A stretch of 64,000 bases of DNA from a virus (IMGVR_UViG_2880505610_000001:32001-96000); one strand, 5' to 3'. Numbered from the stretch's first letter, positions 1 to 9,143 are shown. The notes: a model not told the origin generated them from the letters alone. Made by a program: numbers and translations.

Positions 1-162
1 GCTCACCTCGTCGGGGACCTGTTCCAGACATTCAACGCCGTAAGCATTCGTCAGATTACCCGGGACGGCGAACTCGATCTGGACGCCTGGGGATCCGAGC
101 GCGCGGTTGCTGAAGCGTGGGCAACTCAAGCCGCTATTCCACTCTCCACAGGTAGCCGCTGA
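1..162 (+). CDS. 3' end of hypothetical protein (truncated by window)
   Basis: Open frame 1 (AHLVGDLFQ...STGSR) ending TGA at 160-162. Confidence 0.4.
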   Translation, partial: AHLVGDLFQTFNAVSIRQITRDGELDLDAWGSERAVAEAWATQAAIPLSTGSR

Positions 163-219
163 CCCGGTACCTAAGTCACCACGAGCTTCCCCTCATCAAT
201 CAGCGGCAGGAGAGAGCAC

Positions 220-957
220 ATGGGCGTTGACGCGGGCGGCCTAGTCGTCGCCGTGATTAGCGTGGCAGTGTCCGTAGCCTTCACGTTGTGGTTCACTCGG
301 CAGCAAACGACCGCTGCGAAGAAGCAGGCCAAGGCCGCAATCGATCAGGCAGAGTCCGCCAAGGCGCAGGCCAGGTCTGCGGAAGAGTCTGCTCGAGCGG
401 CTCAGCGCCAAGTCGAACTCACCGAGCAAGTACGCAGAGAGCAGGCAGAACCCTACGTGGTCGTTGACATTCGCCCGTCCGATCACGTCAGTTCTGTCTT
501 CCTGCTGATCATTGAGAACGTTGGCCCCACGGTCGCGCGCAACGTGCAGATCCAGTTCGACCCACTACTCGAGCGGACTCTTGAGACAAGCAGGGCCAGT
601 TGGAAGCCCATTCGGGACGCACTGCTCTTCACAAGCGGGATCCCCCTCATGCCACCTGGGCGCCGCATGGAGTGGTTCTTCGACATGACTCCGGCGCGCT
701 TCAGCTCCACCTTGCCGATGCATTACACGGTGACCGTCGAAGCAGATGGTCCCTTCGGTGCCGTGGAACCACTGGTCTACCAGATCGATCTCGCGATCTA
801 CGGCGGCATAAACCGGCTCGGTGTCAAGAACGTCCACGACGGCGTCAAGGCACTCGAGCAGCTGGTGAAGGAGACGAGCAGAGTCTCGGCTGCGCTTGCC
901 CGCCCGCTACCCGTGTGGTTCGTGCAAATGGACACCCCCGAATCGGGGGATGAGTAG
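220..957 (+). CDS. Membrane-anchored hypothetical protein (N-terminal TM, coiled coil, beta-rich domain)
   Basis: RBS AGGAGAG; hydrophobic N-terminus followed by Ala/Gln coiled coil. Confidence 0.75.
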   Translation: MGVDAGGLVVAVISVAVSVAFTLWFTRQQTTAAKKQAKAAIDQAESAKAQARSAEESARAAQRQVELTEQVRREQAEPYVVVDIRPSDHVSSVFLLIIENVGPTVARNVQIQFDPLLERTLETSRASWKPIRDALLFTSGIPLMPPGRRMEWFFDMTPARFSSTLPMHYTVTVEADGPFGAVEPLVYQIDLAIYGGINRLGVKNVHDGVKALEQLVKETSRVSAALARPLPVWFVQMDTPESGDE

Positions 958-997
958 TTGATCAAGAACTAATCCGTCCGGCCAAGGTCATGGACGT

Positions 998-1031
998 CTG
1001 GGTTCCGTTAAGATGCATTATAGGAACCTAG
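998..1031. promoter_or_regulatory. Putative tyrosine-recombinase crossover site (lox/dif/res-like) overlapping a -10 box
   Basis: GGTTCCGTTAA(1001-1011)-GATGCA-TTATAGGAACC(1018-1028): imperfect 11-bp inverted arms, 6-bp spacer, TAA/TTA inner ends; TAGAAT at 1029-1034. Confidence 0.7.
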
Positions 1032-1051
1032 AATTCGATGGGGGAGCCCAC

Positions 1052-1267
1052 GTGAAGACCGACAGCACAGGTCCAGAAATGACCACGTTCGAGGCCGCGC
1101 ACGAGGCGATCCTGCGTGCTGCCAGACTCCTCGATGCCGAAGCCGAGGAACTGGAGGCCGACGGCGGCCCGGGCGTCTTCAACCAAAAGGAGAAGAGCAT
1201 CGCAGCGCAGACGCTCCGCAACGCCGCTAGCAAGGTCCGCGCCATGCCAGTAGCTCCGCGATCATGA
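1052..1267 (+). CDS. Small hypothetical protein, first gene of recombinase operon
   Basis: GGGGAG RBS before GTG 1052; ATGA overlap with recombinase. Confidence 0.65.
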   Translation: MKTDSTGPEMTTFEAAHEAILRAARLLDAEAEELEADGGPGVFNQKEKSIAAQTLRNAASKVRAMPVAPRS

Positions 1268-2313
1268 CCGACCTCGAACCTGCACGCTCCCCCATCGTCG
1301 TCCGCCCCACCGAGCCTGCGCCCGTCGCGTACAGCGACATCGACTTCACCATCAGCGCCGACACCGCCGAGAGGCTCCTCAACTCCACCGCCGAGAACAC
1401 CCGTGTCACCTACGACCGAGCGTGGAGAAACTTCCGGGAGTGGTGCAAGACCGAGGGCCGCGTGTACCTGCCAGCCACAGCGCAGACGCTCACCGAGTAC
1501 GTCAACCACATGTGCAAAAGCGGGAGCGCCCCCAACACCATTGCGCAGGCCGTCTCCACAGTCCGCTCTAAGCATGCTGATGAGGGCCATCAGGACGAGC
1601 CCGACAGCCGGCAACCTCTCAGAGCCCTCAAGGACTACCGGAAAGAGTGGGCCGACGAAGGGAACCGAGAGAAGCAGGCGACACCGGTCATGCCCGACGC
1701 GCTGCGCGCCATGGTCGCGACGTGCGACCTGGGCACCCTGCAAGGAGTGCGGGACCGGGCGCTCCTGCTCCTCGGGTTCAACATGATGGCTCGGCGCTCC
1801 GAACTCGTTGGCCTCGACCAGGGCGACGTCGTTGAAGCCACCGAAGGTCTCGTCGTCTACGTCAAGCGATCCAAGACCGACCAGGAAGCCCGCGGCGTCA
1901 CGGTTGCTGTCCCCCGCGGGAAGCGCTCCGCGATGTGCCCCGTCGAAGCCGTCAACGCGTGGAAGGCGCGCCTCGCTGAGCGGGGCCTAGCGGACGGTCC
2001 CCTGTTCCGCCCCATCGACCGACACGGCCGCGTCGGAGGCGAGCCCGACATCGCCGGCAAAGCTGCTGTGCGCCTCACCGGCAAGTCCGCATGCAACATC
2101 GTTCACCGACGCGGCGTCCTCGCCAACCTTCCAGCCAAATACACATCCCATGGTCTCCGAGCTGGCTCAGCCTCAACCGCGTACGCAGCGGGTGTCCCCA
2201 TCTCCGAGATCGCCAAGCATGGCCGCTGGAACCCCAACTCCCCTGTGCTGCTCATCTACATCCGGTTCGTGGACCAGTGGAAGAACAACCCGATGAACGA
2301 GGTCGACCTGTGA
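1264..2313 (+). CDS. Cre-like tyrosine recombinase (SAM-like N-terminal domain)
   Basis: RDRALLLLGF..ARRSEL (R), KRSKTDQ (K), SHGLRAG (H-x-x-R), HGRW (W as in Cre), catalytic Y in LIYIR. Confidence 0.92.
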   Translation: MTDLEPARSPIVVRPTEPAPVAYSDIDFTISADTAERLLNSTAENTRVTYDRAWRNFREWCKTEGRVYLPATAQTLTEYVNHMCKSGSAPNTIAQAVSTVRSKHADEGHQDEPDSRQPLRALKDYRKEWADEGNREKQATPVMPDALRAMVATCDLGTLQGVRDRALLLLGFNMMARRSELVGLDQGDVVEATEGLVVYVKRSKTDQEARGVTVAVPRGKRSAMCPVEAVNAWKARLAERGLADGPLFRPIDRHGRVGGEPDIAGKAAVRLTGKSACNIVHRRGVLANLPAKYTSHGLRAGSASTAYAAGVPISEIAKHGRWNPNSPVLLIYIRFVDQWKNNPMNEVDL

Positions 2314-3164
2314 CGGGTTTGTACACGCGCTGTGGCCGCCTCACGCAGAAGGGGCGTCCCTGTCGGCTCGGAGTCCACCGGCTGCGATGGCGCGATCCCC
2401 TCGGATGGGAACCGCCACAGGCGTGTGGGGTTCATCTAACCAGCGAAGAGTGGGAAGAGATCTACAAGATCGAGGATTCCTACAACGAGCGAAAAGCGGA
2501 GGCGGAGCGGATCAAGGACAAAGAGATCCTCTCCCGCCCAGCGAACTGGTCTGGCTTCCTCGGCAGCACATGTAGCGCTCCTGATGTCTCGTGCAGACAA
2601 ACGGCAGTGGCGTGGCTGGTGACCATGGACATGCCTGATCCGAGGGTGTGCTACGACCACCTCACGCCAGAAGAGCGCGCCGCCCTCGACAGCGCCCAGG
2701 CTGCAGTGGAAGCACGGTTGAGGAGACTGGCCGAGGAGCCGGACTGCTGGTCGTGGCCGGTCCCAGAACCACGCGAGTATGCCTCCGAGGAGGAAGCCTG
2801 TGATGCGCTCTCCGCGTGGCAGCATGGCCGAGGCTGTGCGGTCTGCGGTGATCCCTCCGGACTCGTCCAGGATCACGACCACACGACCGGACTCGTGCGA
2901 GGCAAGCTCTGCCACACGTGCAACGTGAAGGAAGGGAAGGGATCCACGCGGGCGCCGTTCACCAGGTACCGCGAGCGCAATCCCGCGTCGATCCTCGGCG
3001 TGAAGGTCCGCTATTGGAGCCCCTGGACCGGCTACGCAGAGCCCGAGCCCACCCTGACCGAAGAAGAGAGGGCGGCGGAACAGCGCACACTGAGGGATGC
3101 AGTCGACCGACTCACCTTCCCTGCCTTCGGCTCTCTCCCCCTCGACGACAGGAACGATGCGTGA
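2310..3164 (+). CDS. Endonuclease VII domain protein with Cys/His-rich N-terminus
   Basis: CAVC..LVQDHDHTTGLVRGKLCHTCN motif; GTG start overlaps recombinase stop (GTGA). Confidence 0.8.
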   Translation: MTGLYTRCGRLTQKGRPCRLGVHRLRWRDPLGWEPPQACGVHLTSEEWEEIYKIEDSYNERKAEAERIKDKEILSRPANWSGFLGSTCSAPDVSCRQTAVAWLVTMDMPDPRVCYDHLTPEERAALDSAQAAVEARLRRLAEEPDCWSWPVPEPREYASEEEACDALSAWQHGRGCAVCGDPSGLVQDHDHTTGLVRGKLCHTCNVKEGKGSTRAPFTRYRERNPASILGVKVRYWSPWTGYAEPEPTLTEEERAAEQRTLRDAVDRLTFPAFGSLPLDDRNDA

Positions 3165-3598
3165 TCGAACGGGACCTCAAACGGGTGGCTCGCTTCGTCA
3201 TCGCTCAGCGAGGAAATCTGGGACTCTCTCAGTCCGAACTTGCCGAGCGGGCGGGGGTGGACTCCAAGACAATTTGGAACCTTGAGTCTGCGCAGAGATG
3301 GCCGATCTCCCGCAATCGCGTCAAGATCGAGAAGGCGCTGGGTGTAGAGCCCGACTCTCTGGCCATGGTGTCTAGAGGCATCTTCCCCGCATCTGACGGC
3401 GGCGTGTCCGATGATCTCCTCCGTGAGGCGGCTGGCAGCCCTGAGTTCGAGGGGCTGTTGGGGCAGAGAGCCGCAGAGTTGTCGGACGAGCAGCGGATCG
3501 TCCTGGACATGTTACTCGAAGAGCTCAGGGCGGCTGAGGATGCTCGGCGTCGACTCATAGCGAAGATCATCCGGTACTCCAAGGGGTCCCAACCTTGA
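3161..3598 (+). CDS. XRE-family HTH regulator
   Basis: LGLSQSELAERAGVDSKTIWNLES; GTGA overlap with upstream gene. Confidence 0.85.
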   Translation: MIERDLKRVARFVIAQRGNLGLSQSELAERAGVDSKTIWNLESAQRWPISRNRVKIEKALGVEPDSLAMVSRGIFPASDGGVSDDLLREAAGSPEFEGLLGQRAAELSDEQRIVLDMLLEELRAAEDARRRLIAKIIRYSKGSQP

Positions 3599-3644
3599 CC
3601 CCCTCCTCCGGCTACGGGTTTCTAGGGCTGTCTAGGATCAGCGC

Positions 3645-3917
3645 GTGGCCGACTTTGACTTCCCCGCTGACCTGATCGACCTCCAGCGCGCCTTCTACGC
3701 CGCGGACCGCCGCTGTGAGGAGATCGGGGCGTCGTGGCCTAGGCCCACGGCTGTCGCCGCCGGCATAGAGGAGATCAGCGAGGAGCAGCACGCTGAACTC
3801 TCCCGGGCGCGGGCTGAGCGGCTGGAGGTCGTGGAGCGGATGGCCGCGCACCCGTGGTGGGGCACGGTCGACCGGCTGAAGGCCAAAGCTGCCCTCCGCA
3901 AGGCCGCGCGGGCGTAG
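3645..3917 (+). CDS. Hypothetical protein
   Basis: 90-aa ORF with plausible codon usage. Confidence 0.7.
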   Translation: MADFDFPADLIDLQRAFYAADRRCEEIGASWPRPTAVAAGIEEISEEQHAELSRARAERLEVVERMAAHPWWGTVDRLKAKAALRKAARA

Positions 3918-3980
3918 CAGCTCCAGGCGCCGCTATTTCGACGTGCGATCTTGGAATCGGCGCGCTAGCTTGTTGATCAG

Positions 3981-4061
3981 CACCTCTCCCGAAGTGCTGG
4001 GCGACGGTTCCTTCCTTCGCATGGCAGAACAACCGCCGCCCGATCTGTTGTCGGGAGGGTC
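3981..4061 (+). ncRNA. Short Y RNA (no tRNA domain, YrlB-like)
   Basis: Terminal stem 3982-3992/4051-4060 with bulge; CCCGAAGTG / GTTGTCGGG motif shared with downstream Y RNA; upper stem 3998-4009/4031-4042; pyrimidine-rich loop. Confidence 0.75.
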
Positions 4062-4063
4062 GA

Positions 4064-4234
4064 CAACTTCAGACGAGCGGGTGCCCGAAGTGCAGGCAAC
4101 GGTTTCTTCCACTGGTTAATGGAGAGGTCGCAGGTTCGAATCCTGTCACCGGGCCTTGCCGGGTGTAGCTCAGTTGGCAGAGCACTTACGTCACCGTCGC
4201 CGACCTCGTTGTCGGGCACCCCTCGCTGAAGTTG
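4064..4234 (+). ncRNA. yrlA: YrlA-type Y RNA with circularly permuted tRNA-like domain
   Basis: Ends pair (4064-4088/4212-4234); T arm GCAGG-TTCGAAT-CCTGT 4130-4146 precedes loop-closed acceptor-like stem 4147-4165 and D arm GCTC-AGTTGGCA-GAGC 4168-4183; directly upstream of TROVE gene. Confidence 0.9.
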
Positions 4235-4266
4235 AACCCCTCCCCCAGCTCATCTGGGGTCGCAGG

Positions 4267-5892
4267 ATGGCGAAGTTCAACAAGGCCGGTGCCCGCACCG
4301 CCGTATCTACTCCGGTCAAGACCGAGACTGTCGCGTCAGGCCGCACCCATGAGGGCGCTCCCGGTTACGGGCGGGACATCAAGTCGGAACTGTTCCTGCT
4401 CGGTATCTCGAACATGGTCGGCGAGGACACCTTTTATGAGAAGGGTCAGCAGCGGGACCAGAGGTTCGCCGACCTTGTTGTCGCCGCCGGCCGGGAGGAC
4501 CCGGAGTGGACCGCGGGGTTCCTCCGCTGGCTCCGCTCCGAGGGCAACATGCGGTCCGCGCCGCTCGTGGCCGCGGCCGAGCTCGTCCGCGCGAAGCCGG
4601 AGGGCATGCGGACCCGCAAGGTGGTGGACTCGGTGCTGCAGCGTGCCGATGAGCCCAGCGAGATCCTCGCGTACTGGCTGAGCCGGTATGGCAAGCCGAT
4701 CCCGATCGCGCTCAAGCGCGGTGTCGCGGACGCGGTCGTCCGTCTCTACGACGAGCGGTCACTGCTGAAGTACGACTCGGCGGACCGCGCGGTCCGGTTC
4801 GGGGACGTCGTGGACCTGACGCAGCCCGCCTACCACCGGTCGGAGATCCGGGGGACGTGGCGGTACGACCTGCTCGGCCACGCCCTAGACCGCAGGCACG
4901 GCCGCGACAAGCCGCTGCCTGAGAGCCTTCGGCTGCTGCGCGCCCGGGCTTTGCTGATGGCGCTGCCGGTGGGTGAGCGCCGGTCCGTCCTGTCGGACCC
5001 GGCCCGGCTCAAGGCGGCGGGGATGACGTGGGAGGCGCTGGCCGGCTGGCTGCAGGGGCCGATGGACGCCGCGGCGTGGGAGGCCATCATCCCCTCAATG
5101 GGGTACATGGCGCTCCTCCGGAACCTGAGGAACTTCGACGAGGCCGGCGTGTCCGACGAGGCCGCCGAGCGGGTCGCGTCCCGGCTGGCCGACCCGGAGC
5201 ACGTGGCCAGGTCGAGGCAGCTGCCGATGCGGTTCCTGTCGGCGTACCGTGCGGCGCCGTCGCTGCGGTGGGCGCACCCGCTCGACAAGGCCCTGACCGC
5301 GTCCATCGGCAACGTCCCGTCGCTGCGTGGGCGGACGCTGGTCCTGGTGGACACCAGCTCGAGCATGGACGCCGGGTTCTCCAAGGACGGCACGCTCATG
5401 CGGTGGGACGCCGCGGCGCTGTTCGGTGTGGCGTTGGCGCAGCGGTGCGAGTCCGCCGACGTGGTGTCGTTCTCGTCCACGGCCCGGTACTGGGCTGACC
5501 CCGCCGCCGGTGCTCGGACGAAGGTGTTCCCGCTCAAGCGCGGGGAGTCGCTACTGCGGTCGCTGGACCGGTGGAAGGGTGACGGGTTCTTCCTCGGCGG
5601 CGGCACCGAGACCGCCAGCGCGGTGCGCAAGCACCTGGCCGGGCACGACCGGGTGGTGATCCTGACCGACGAGCAGGCGTCGGGTGGCGACGTCGATGCG
5701 GTGGTGCCGGAGCGGACCCCACTGGTGACGTTCAACCTGGCGGGGTATCAGCGTGGCCACGCACCCTCGGGGACGGGCCTGCGGGTGACGATCGGGGGCC
5801 TGTCGGATGCGGGGTTCCGTGTTCTGCCGTTGCTGGAGGCCGGAAGGTCCGCGGACTGGCCATGGGCTATGGAGCGCTATGGAGGGCTGTAG
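4267..5892 (+). CDS. rsr: Ro60/Rsr TROVE-domain RNA-binding protein with C-terminal vWA
   Basis: MAKFN start; RTHEGAPGY, MTWEALAGW, MGYMALLRNLRNF, SRQLPMRFLSAY, MIDAS LVDTSSSM, GGT, ILTDEQ. Confidence 0.95.
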   Translation: MAKFNKAGARTAVSTPVKTETVASGRTHEGAPGYGRDIKSELFLLGISNMVGEDTFYEKGQQRDQRFADLVVAAGREDPEWTAGFLRWLRSEGNMRSAPLVAAAELVRAKPEGMRTRKVVDSVLQRADEPSEILAYWLSRYGKPIPIALKRGVADAVVRLYDERSLLKYDSADRAVRFGDVVDLTQPAYHRSEIRGTWRYDLLGHALDRRHGRDKPLPESLRLLRARALLMALPVGERRSVLSDPARLKAAGMTWEALAGWLQGPMDAAAWEAIIPSMGYMALLRNLRNFDEAGVSDEAAERVASRLADPEHVARSRQLPMRFLSAYRAAPSLRWAHPLDKALTASIGNVPSLRGRTLVLVDTSSSMDAGFSKDGTLMRWDAAALFGVALAQRCESADVVSFSSTARYWADPAAGARTKVFPLKRGESLLRSLDRWKGDGFFLGGGTETASAVRKHLAGHDRVVILTDEQASGGDVDAVVPERTPLVTFNLAGYQRGHAPSGTGLRVTIGGLSDAGFRVLPLLEAGRSADWPWAMERYGGL

Positions 5893-6002
5893 TCCGGAAC
5901 AGCGCAGGTAACCGGGGGCAAGGTGCCTTATTGGACACACCGTTGACCACTAAAGGTCATGACCTCGACACGTTAGGACGCCCTCTGGGCATGATCGGCA
6001 CC

Positions 6003-6824
6003 ATGCACGACAACACCCCTCCCCCACCCGGCGTCGACACCACCCGCCCCTCCCCCGCACGCATGTACGACTACGCCCTCGGCGGCAAGGACAACTACCA
6101 GGTCGACCGGGAAGCCGGCTCGAAGATCCTCGCAGTCGCACCGGGGATGGCAGAGCTCGCGACCTACAACCGGGCGTGGCTGCGCCGGGTCGTCAGGTAT
6201 CTATGCCAGCAGGGAATCGGCCAGTTCATCGACATCGGGTCGGGCCTGCCGACGGTGGAGAACGTCCACGAGGTAGCGCAACGGCACCGCGCGGGTGCGC
6301 GGGTGGTGTACGTCGACCATGAACCGACCGTTCACGTGCACGCCAGGGCTCTGCTCGACGGCGACGAAGGGACAGAGTTCGTGCTGGCCGACGCACGTGA
6401 CCCTGATGCCGTTCTGAATGCGGATGAGACCACGCGGTTGATCGACTGGTCGGAGCCGACCGGGTTGATCCTGGCGAGTGTGCTGCACTTCTTCGGTGAT
6501 GCCGCCGACCCTGCCGGCACCGCTGCCCGTCTCGCTGAGCGGCTCCCCGCGGGAAGCTTCGTTGCGGTGTCGCACGCCTCGTCGGAGAGGTCGGCGCCTG
6601 AGCTACGCGCCCGCCTGGACGCGGTCTACCGGGGAGCGTCGGAGTACCTGTACCTGCGCCCCCGCGGCGACATCGCGGGCATCGTGGACGCGGTCACGGC
6701 CTCGGTGGGGCGCTGGGAGATGGTGGAGCCTGGGCTCGTGCCGGTGCAGGACTGGCGCCCCGACGAGGACGTTCCTCCGCCGCCGCTGACCATCCTGGGA
6801 GCGATGGTTCGGCGCGTAGCCTAG
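6003..6824 (+). CDS. Actinomycete SAM-dependent methyltransferase (DUF574/Methyltransf_19)
   Basis: PSPARMYDYALGGKDNYQVDR, QFIDIGSGLP, VVYVD; start at 5991 or 6003. Confidence 0.9.
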   Translation: MHDNTPPPPGVDTTRPSPARMYDYALGGKDNYQVDREAGSKILAVAPGMAELATYNRAWLRRVVRYLCQQGIGQFIDIGSGLPTVENVHEVAQRHRAGARVVYVDHEPTVHVHARALLDGDEGTEFVLADARDPDAVLNADETTRLIDWSEPTGLILASVLHFFGDAADPAGTAARLAERLPAGSFVAVSHASSERSAPELRARLDAVYRGASEYLYLRPRGDIAGIVDAVTASVGRWEMVEPGLVPVQDWRPDEDVPPPPLTILGAMVRRVA

Positions 6825-7648
6825 CGGGCTTGGTCGGCGATCTCCGCCAGCAGACGACGCGATTGCGTGCGTGTGAGGGCCGCGGCGAGTAGCTCCTCGA
6901 ATCGGTCGGTGAACGGGGTGACCTCGGCGGGGTCCTCATGCCACGCTTCGCAGCCGGGCCATGCCACGTAGACGGCCTCTGGGTCGATCACGTGGCGGAA
7001 GGTCAGGTGAATGAAAGCGTCCAGCAACGGCGCCGGCGCGGTCAGCGGATAGATCTGCAGCCGGACGTTGTTGAGGCCGGCCAGTTCCAGGAGGTGGTCG
7101 AGCTGGTCGGCGTGGGCTTCGCGCCCGCCGACCTGCTGCCGGAGTGCGCTCTCGGCCACGATCACCCAGTAGATGAGCGGATCCGGCTCGTGGAGCACCT
7201 TCTTTCGTTGGGTGATGATCGCGGCGGCAGCATCGCCTGCCGCCGTCGGATGGAGGGCGCGGGCGTACTCCGGCGTCTGGAGGAGGTCAGGGATGCGGAG
7301 CGGGGAGACTTCGCGGGCGACGACGGCTTCCTGTTCGAGACCGATGAACGTGGCCGCGGTGGAGCTGAGGTGCTTGTGCCGGCTCCACCAGCCGCGGTCG
7401 CGGGCCTGGAGGGCGAATCGGATGAGTTCGTCGCGTCGGGTGCCGGTGACGCCGTAGACGTCGAGGAGGGCCTCGACGAGGTGGACCTTGGGGATTCGCC
7501 AGTCGTTGCGTTCGATGCGGGTGAGGGTGGAGGGCGTCCATCCGAGCTGTTTGGCGACGGCGTCGGCTGTGAGGCTCGTGGTTTCACGGAGGTGGAGGAG
7601 TTCGCGGGCCAGGTGGCGGCGCCGGCCGGTCGGGCTGGTCCTGGGCAT
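6821..7648 (-). CDS. XRE HTH + DUF5753 (WhiJ/Scr1-like) regulator
   Basis: RRHLARELLHLRE, RGWW, PDLLQTPEYARAL, ESALRQQVGG. Confidence 0.9.
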   Translation of the reverse strand: MPRTSPTGRRRHLARELLHLRETTSLTADAVAKQLGWTPSTLTRIERNDWRIPKVHLVEALLDVYGVTGTRRDELIRFALQARDRGWWSRHKHLSSTAATFIGLEQEAVVAREVSPLRIPDLLQTPEYARALHPTAAGDAAAAIITQRKKVLHEPDPLIYWVIVAESALRQQVGGREAHADQLDHLLELAGLNNVRLQIYPLTAPAPLLDAFIHLTFRHVIDPEAVYVAWPGCEAWHEDPAEVTPFTDRFEELLAAALTRTQSRRLLAEIADQAR

Positions 7649-7906
7649 GCGTGTCCCTTGGGAGCAAAGAGGTTAGTGACTGTCCCCGGCTCTCATGATG
7701 GCGGAGGAATCATTCACAGGACAAGACAAGATTTGAGTCTTGCAGATTCTTCGGCGAGCGTGTCACTCTGACAACCCACTGCAACAACCGCTTCTTGAGA
7801 AGAACAGAGCGAATCGGACACCCCTACCAAGGGCCTGGCTGCATGAGGCCATGCGACTGGACATGGGCCCCCGGCGCCTGCCGTCGGGGACCCACAGCTC
7901 ATCCGG

Positions 7907-8116
7907 CTATCGAAGGTCGTAACGGCCGGTCTTCACTCCGGCGGCAAGATCCCGCCACGCACCGGCCGACATGATCACTGCCCCGATGGTAGGAGCCTTG
8001 CTGTCGCGGACGCCGACCGCGCCGGCGACGGACGCGACCTCCACGCAGTTGTTGCCGCCTCCGGTACTGCGGCGCGACCTCCGCCAGACCGCCTGTGCCA
8101 TGTCGGGCACGCTCAC
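7907..8116 (-). CDS. DUF397 (BldB-like) protein
   Basis: WRRSRRS..NNCVEVA..VRDSK. Confidence 0.92.
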   Translation of the reverse strand: MSVPDMAQAVWRRSRRSTGGGNNCVEVASVAGAVGVRDSKAPTIGAVIMSAGAWRDLAAGVKTGRYDLR

Positions 8117-8137
8117 GATGGGCTCCTTACGACTGGA

Positions 8138-8980
8138 CTACTCCCGCGTGCGAGCGGCGAGCCAGTCCGCGGATTCGGCAGGTGACAGCGCCGCTTCACA
8201 CACGCCTGCGAACGCAACCCTAAGCCGTGTGAGCTGGGCTTCACTCTCCGCGTACCACTCTCCCAGGGCTCCCTCGGAGTGGCCGACGTCCAGGCCGTGG
8301 TCGCCGGGGAAGGAGAAGAGGGTGAAGGGCCCTTCGAGCGCGTGGGGGATCGCTGCGGTGAACGGCAGGATCTGGATCGTGACGTTGGGGCGCTCGACTG
8401 CCGCCTGCCACAGCGCAGAGACCTGCTTGCGCATCAGATCGGCGTGCTCTATCTGGAATCGGAGGACGGACTCGCTGATGACGAAGTGGACGTCGGGCGG
8501 GTTCACTCTCTCGAGCACAGCCTGACGGGCGATCCTGGCGGCCACGAGCCGGTCGAGTTCGTTGGCTTCGACTCTCCGAACACCGCGGATCAGAGCGCGG
8601 GCGTAGTCGGGAGTCTGGAGCAGCCCAGGGACGGCCGTGGTCTCGTAACCCCGGATCTCCGGCGCCTGGTCCTCGAGGAGGACGTAGTTGCCAGTGAAGG
8701 CGTCACCGTAGGCGGTCCACCAGCCGCGCTGCCAGGAGTCCTCCAGCAGTTGGAGGATCGCGTCGTGGCGGTCGGAGTCGAGGCCGTACAGCTGCAGGAG
8801 CCCTTGGACGTCTTTGGCGGTGGGGCGGGTGGCGGCGTCCTCAATGCGGGATATTTTGCTCCTGCTCCAGGAGAGTCGGCGTGCTACTTCGGCCTGTCCC
8901 AGGTCGCTCCGCTCTCGGAGTCGGCGGAGTTCGAGGGCGAGGCGACGCCCGCGCAGTGTCGGCGTTTTGACGACGGCCAT
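8138..8980 (-). CDS. XRE HTH + DUF5753 (WhiJ/Scr1-like) regulator
   Basis: PTLRGRRLALELRRLRE, SKISRIE, PGLLQTPDYARAL; ATG at 8980. Confidence 0.92.
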   Translation of the reverse strand: MAVVKTPTLRGRRLALELRRLRERSDLGQAEVARRLSWSRSKISRIEDAATRPTAKDVQGLLQLYGLDSDRHDAILQLLEDSWQRGWWTAYGDAFTGNYVLLEDQAPEIRGYETTAVPGLLQTPDYARALIRGVRRVEANELDRLVAARIARQAVLERVNPPDVHFVISESVLRFQIEHADLMRKQVSALWQAAVERPNVTIQILPFTAAIPHALEGPFTLFSFPGDHGLDVGHSEGALGEWYAESEAQLTRLRVAFAGVCEAALSPAESADWLAARTRE

Positions 8981-9042
8981 GTCTCGATCATCTCGTTCCG
9001 GCTGGCGCGTTGCGCAGTATGTCCGCTTACGGTCACGATTTG

Positions 9043-9077
9043 CGTGCACGTCGCATTGCTATCGTGCACGTTGCACG
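9043..9077. promoter_or_regulatory. Repeated palindromic operator in divergent promoter region
   Basis: CGTGCACG at 9043-9050 and 9063-9070, partial TGCACG at 9072-9077. Confidence 0.55.
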
Positions 9078-9143
9078 GCATTCTAATGGTGAGGATTTGA
9101 TCAAGTACGTACGGTTAGTCGACGTGGATCGCAGGTGAGGTAG

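Noticed and set aside
1013-1051. ATG 1013 as start of the small gene
   Set aside because: Lies in the spacer of the recombination site and upstream of the -10 box; GTG 1052 has an RBS
1264-2313. Classical phage integrase marking attL/attR
   Set aside because: No host genes or att core seen nearby; Cre-like features and an adjacent simple site favour a resolvase, though integration is not excluded
4105-4185. Functional tRNA gene (Asn-like) or attP half-tRNA
   Set aside because: T arm precedes D arm, the acceptor stem is loop-closed, there is no CCA end, and it sits inside a long terminal stem, which fits YrlA
4156-4266. N-terminal extension of TROVE in the ORF track, and ORF 3977-4219(-)
   Set aside because: Both overlap the Y RNAs; ATG 4267 gives the typical MAKFN start
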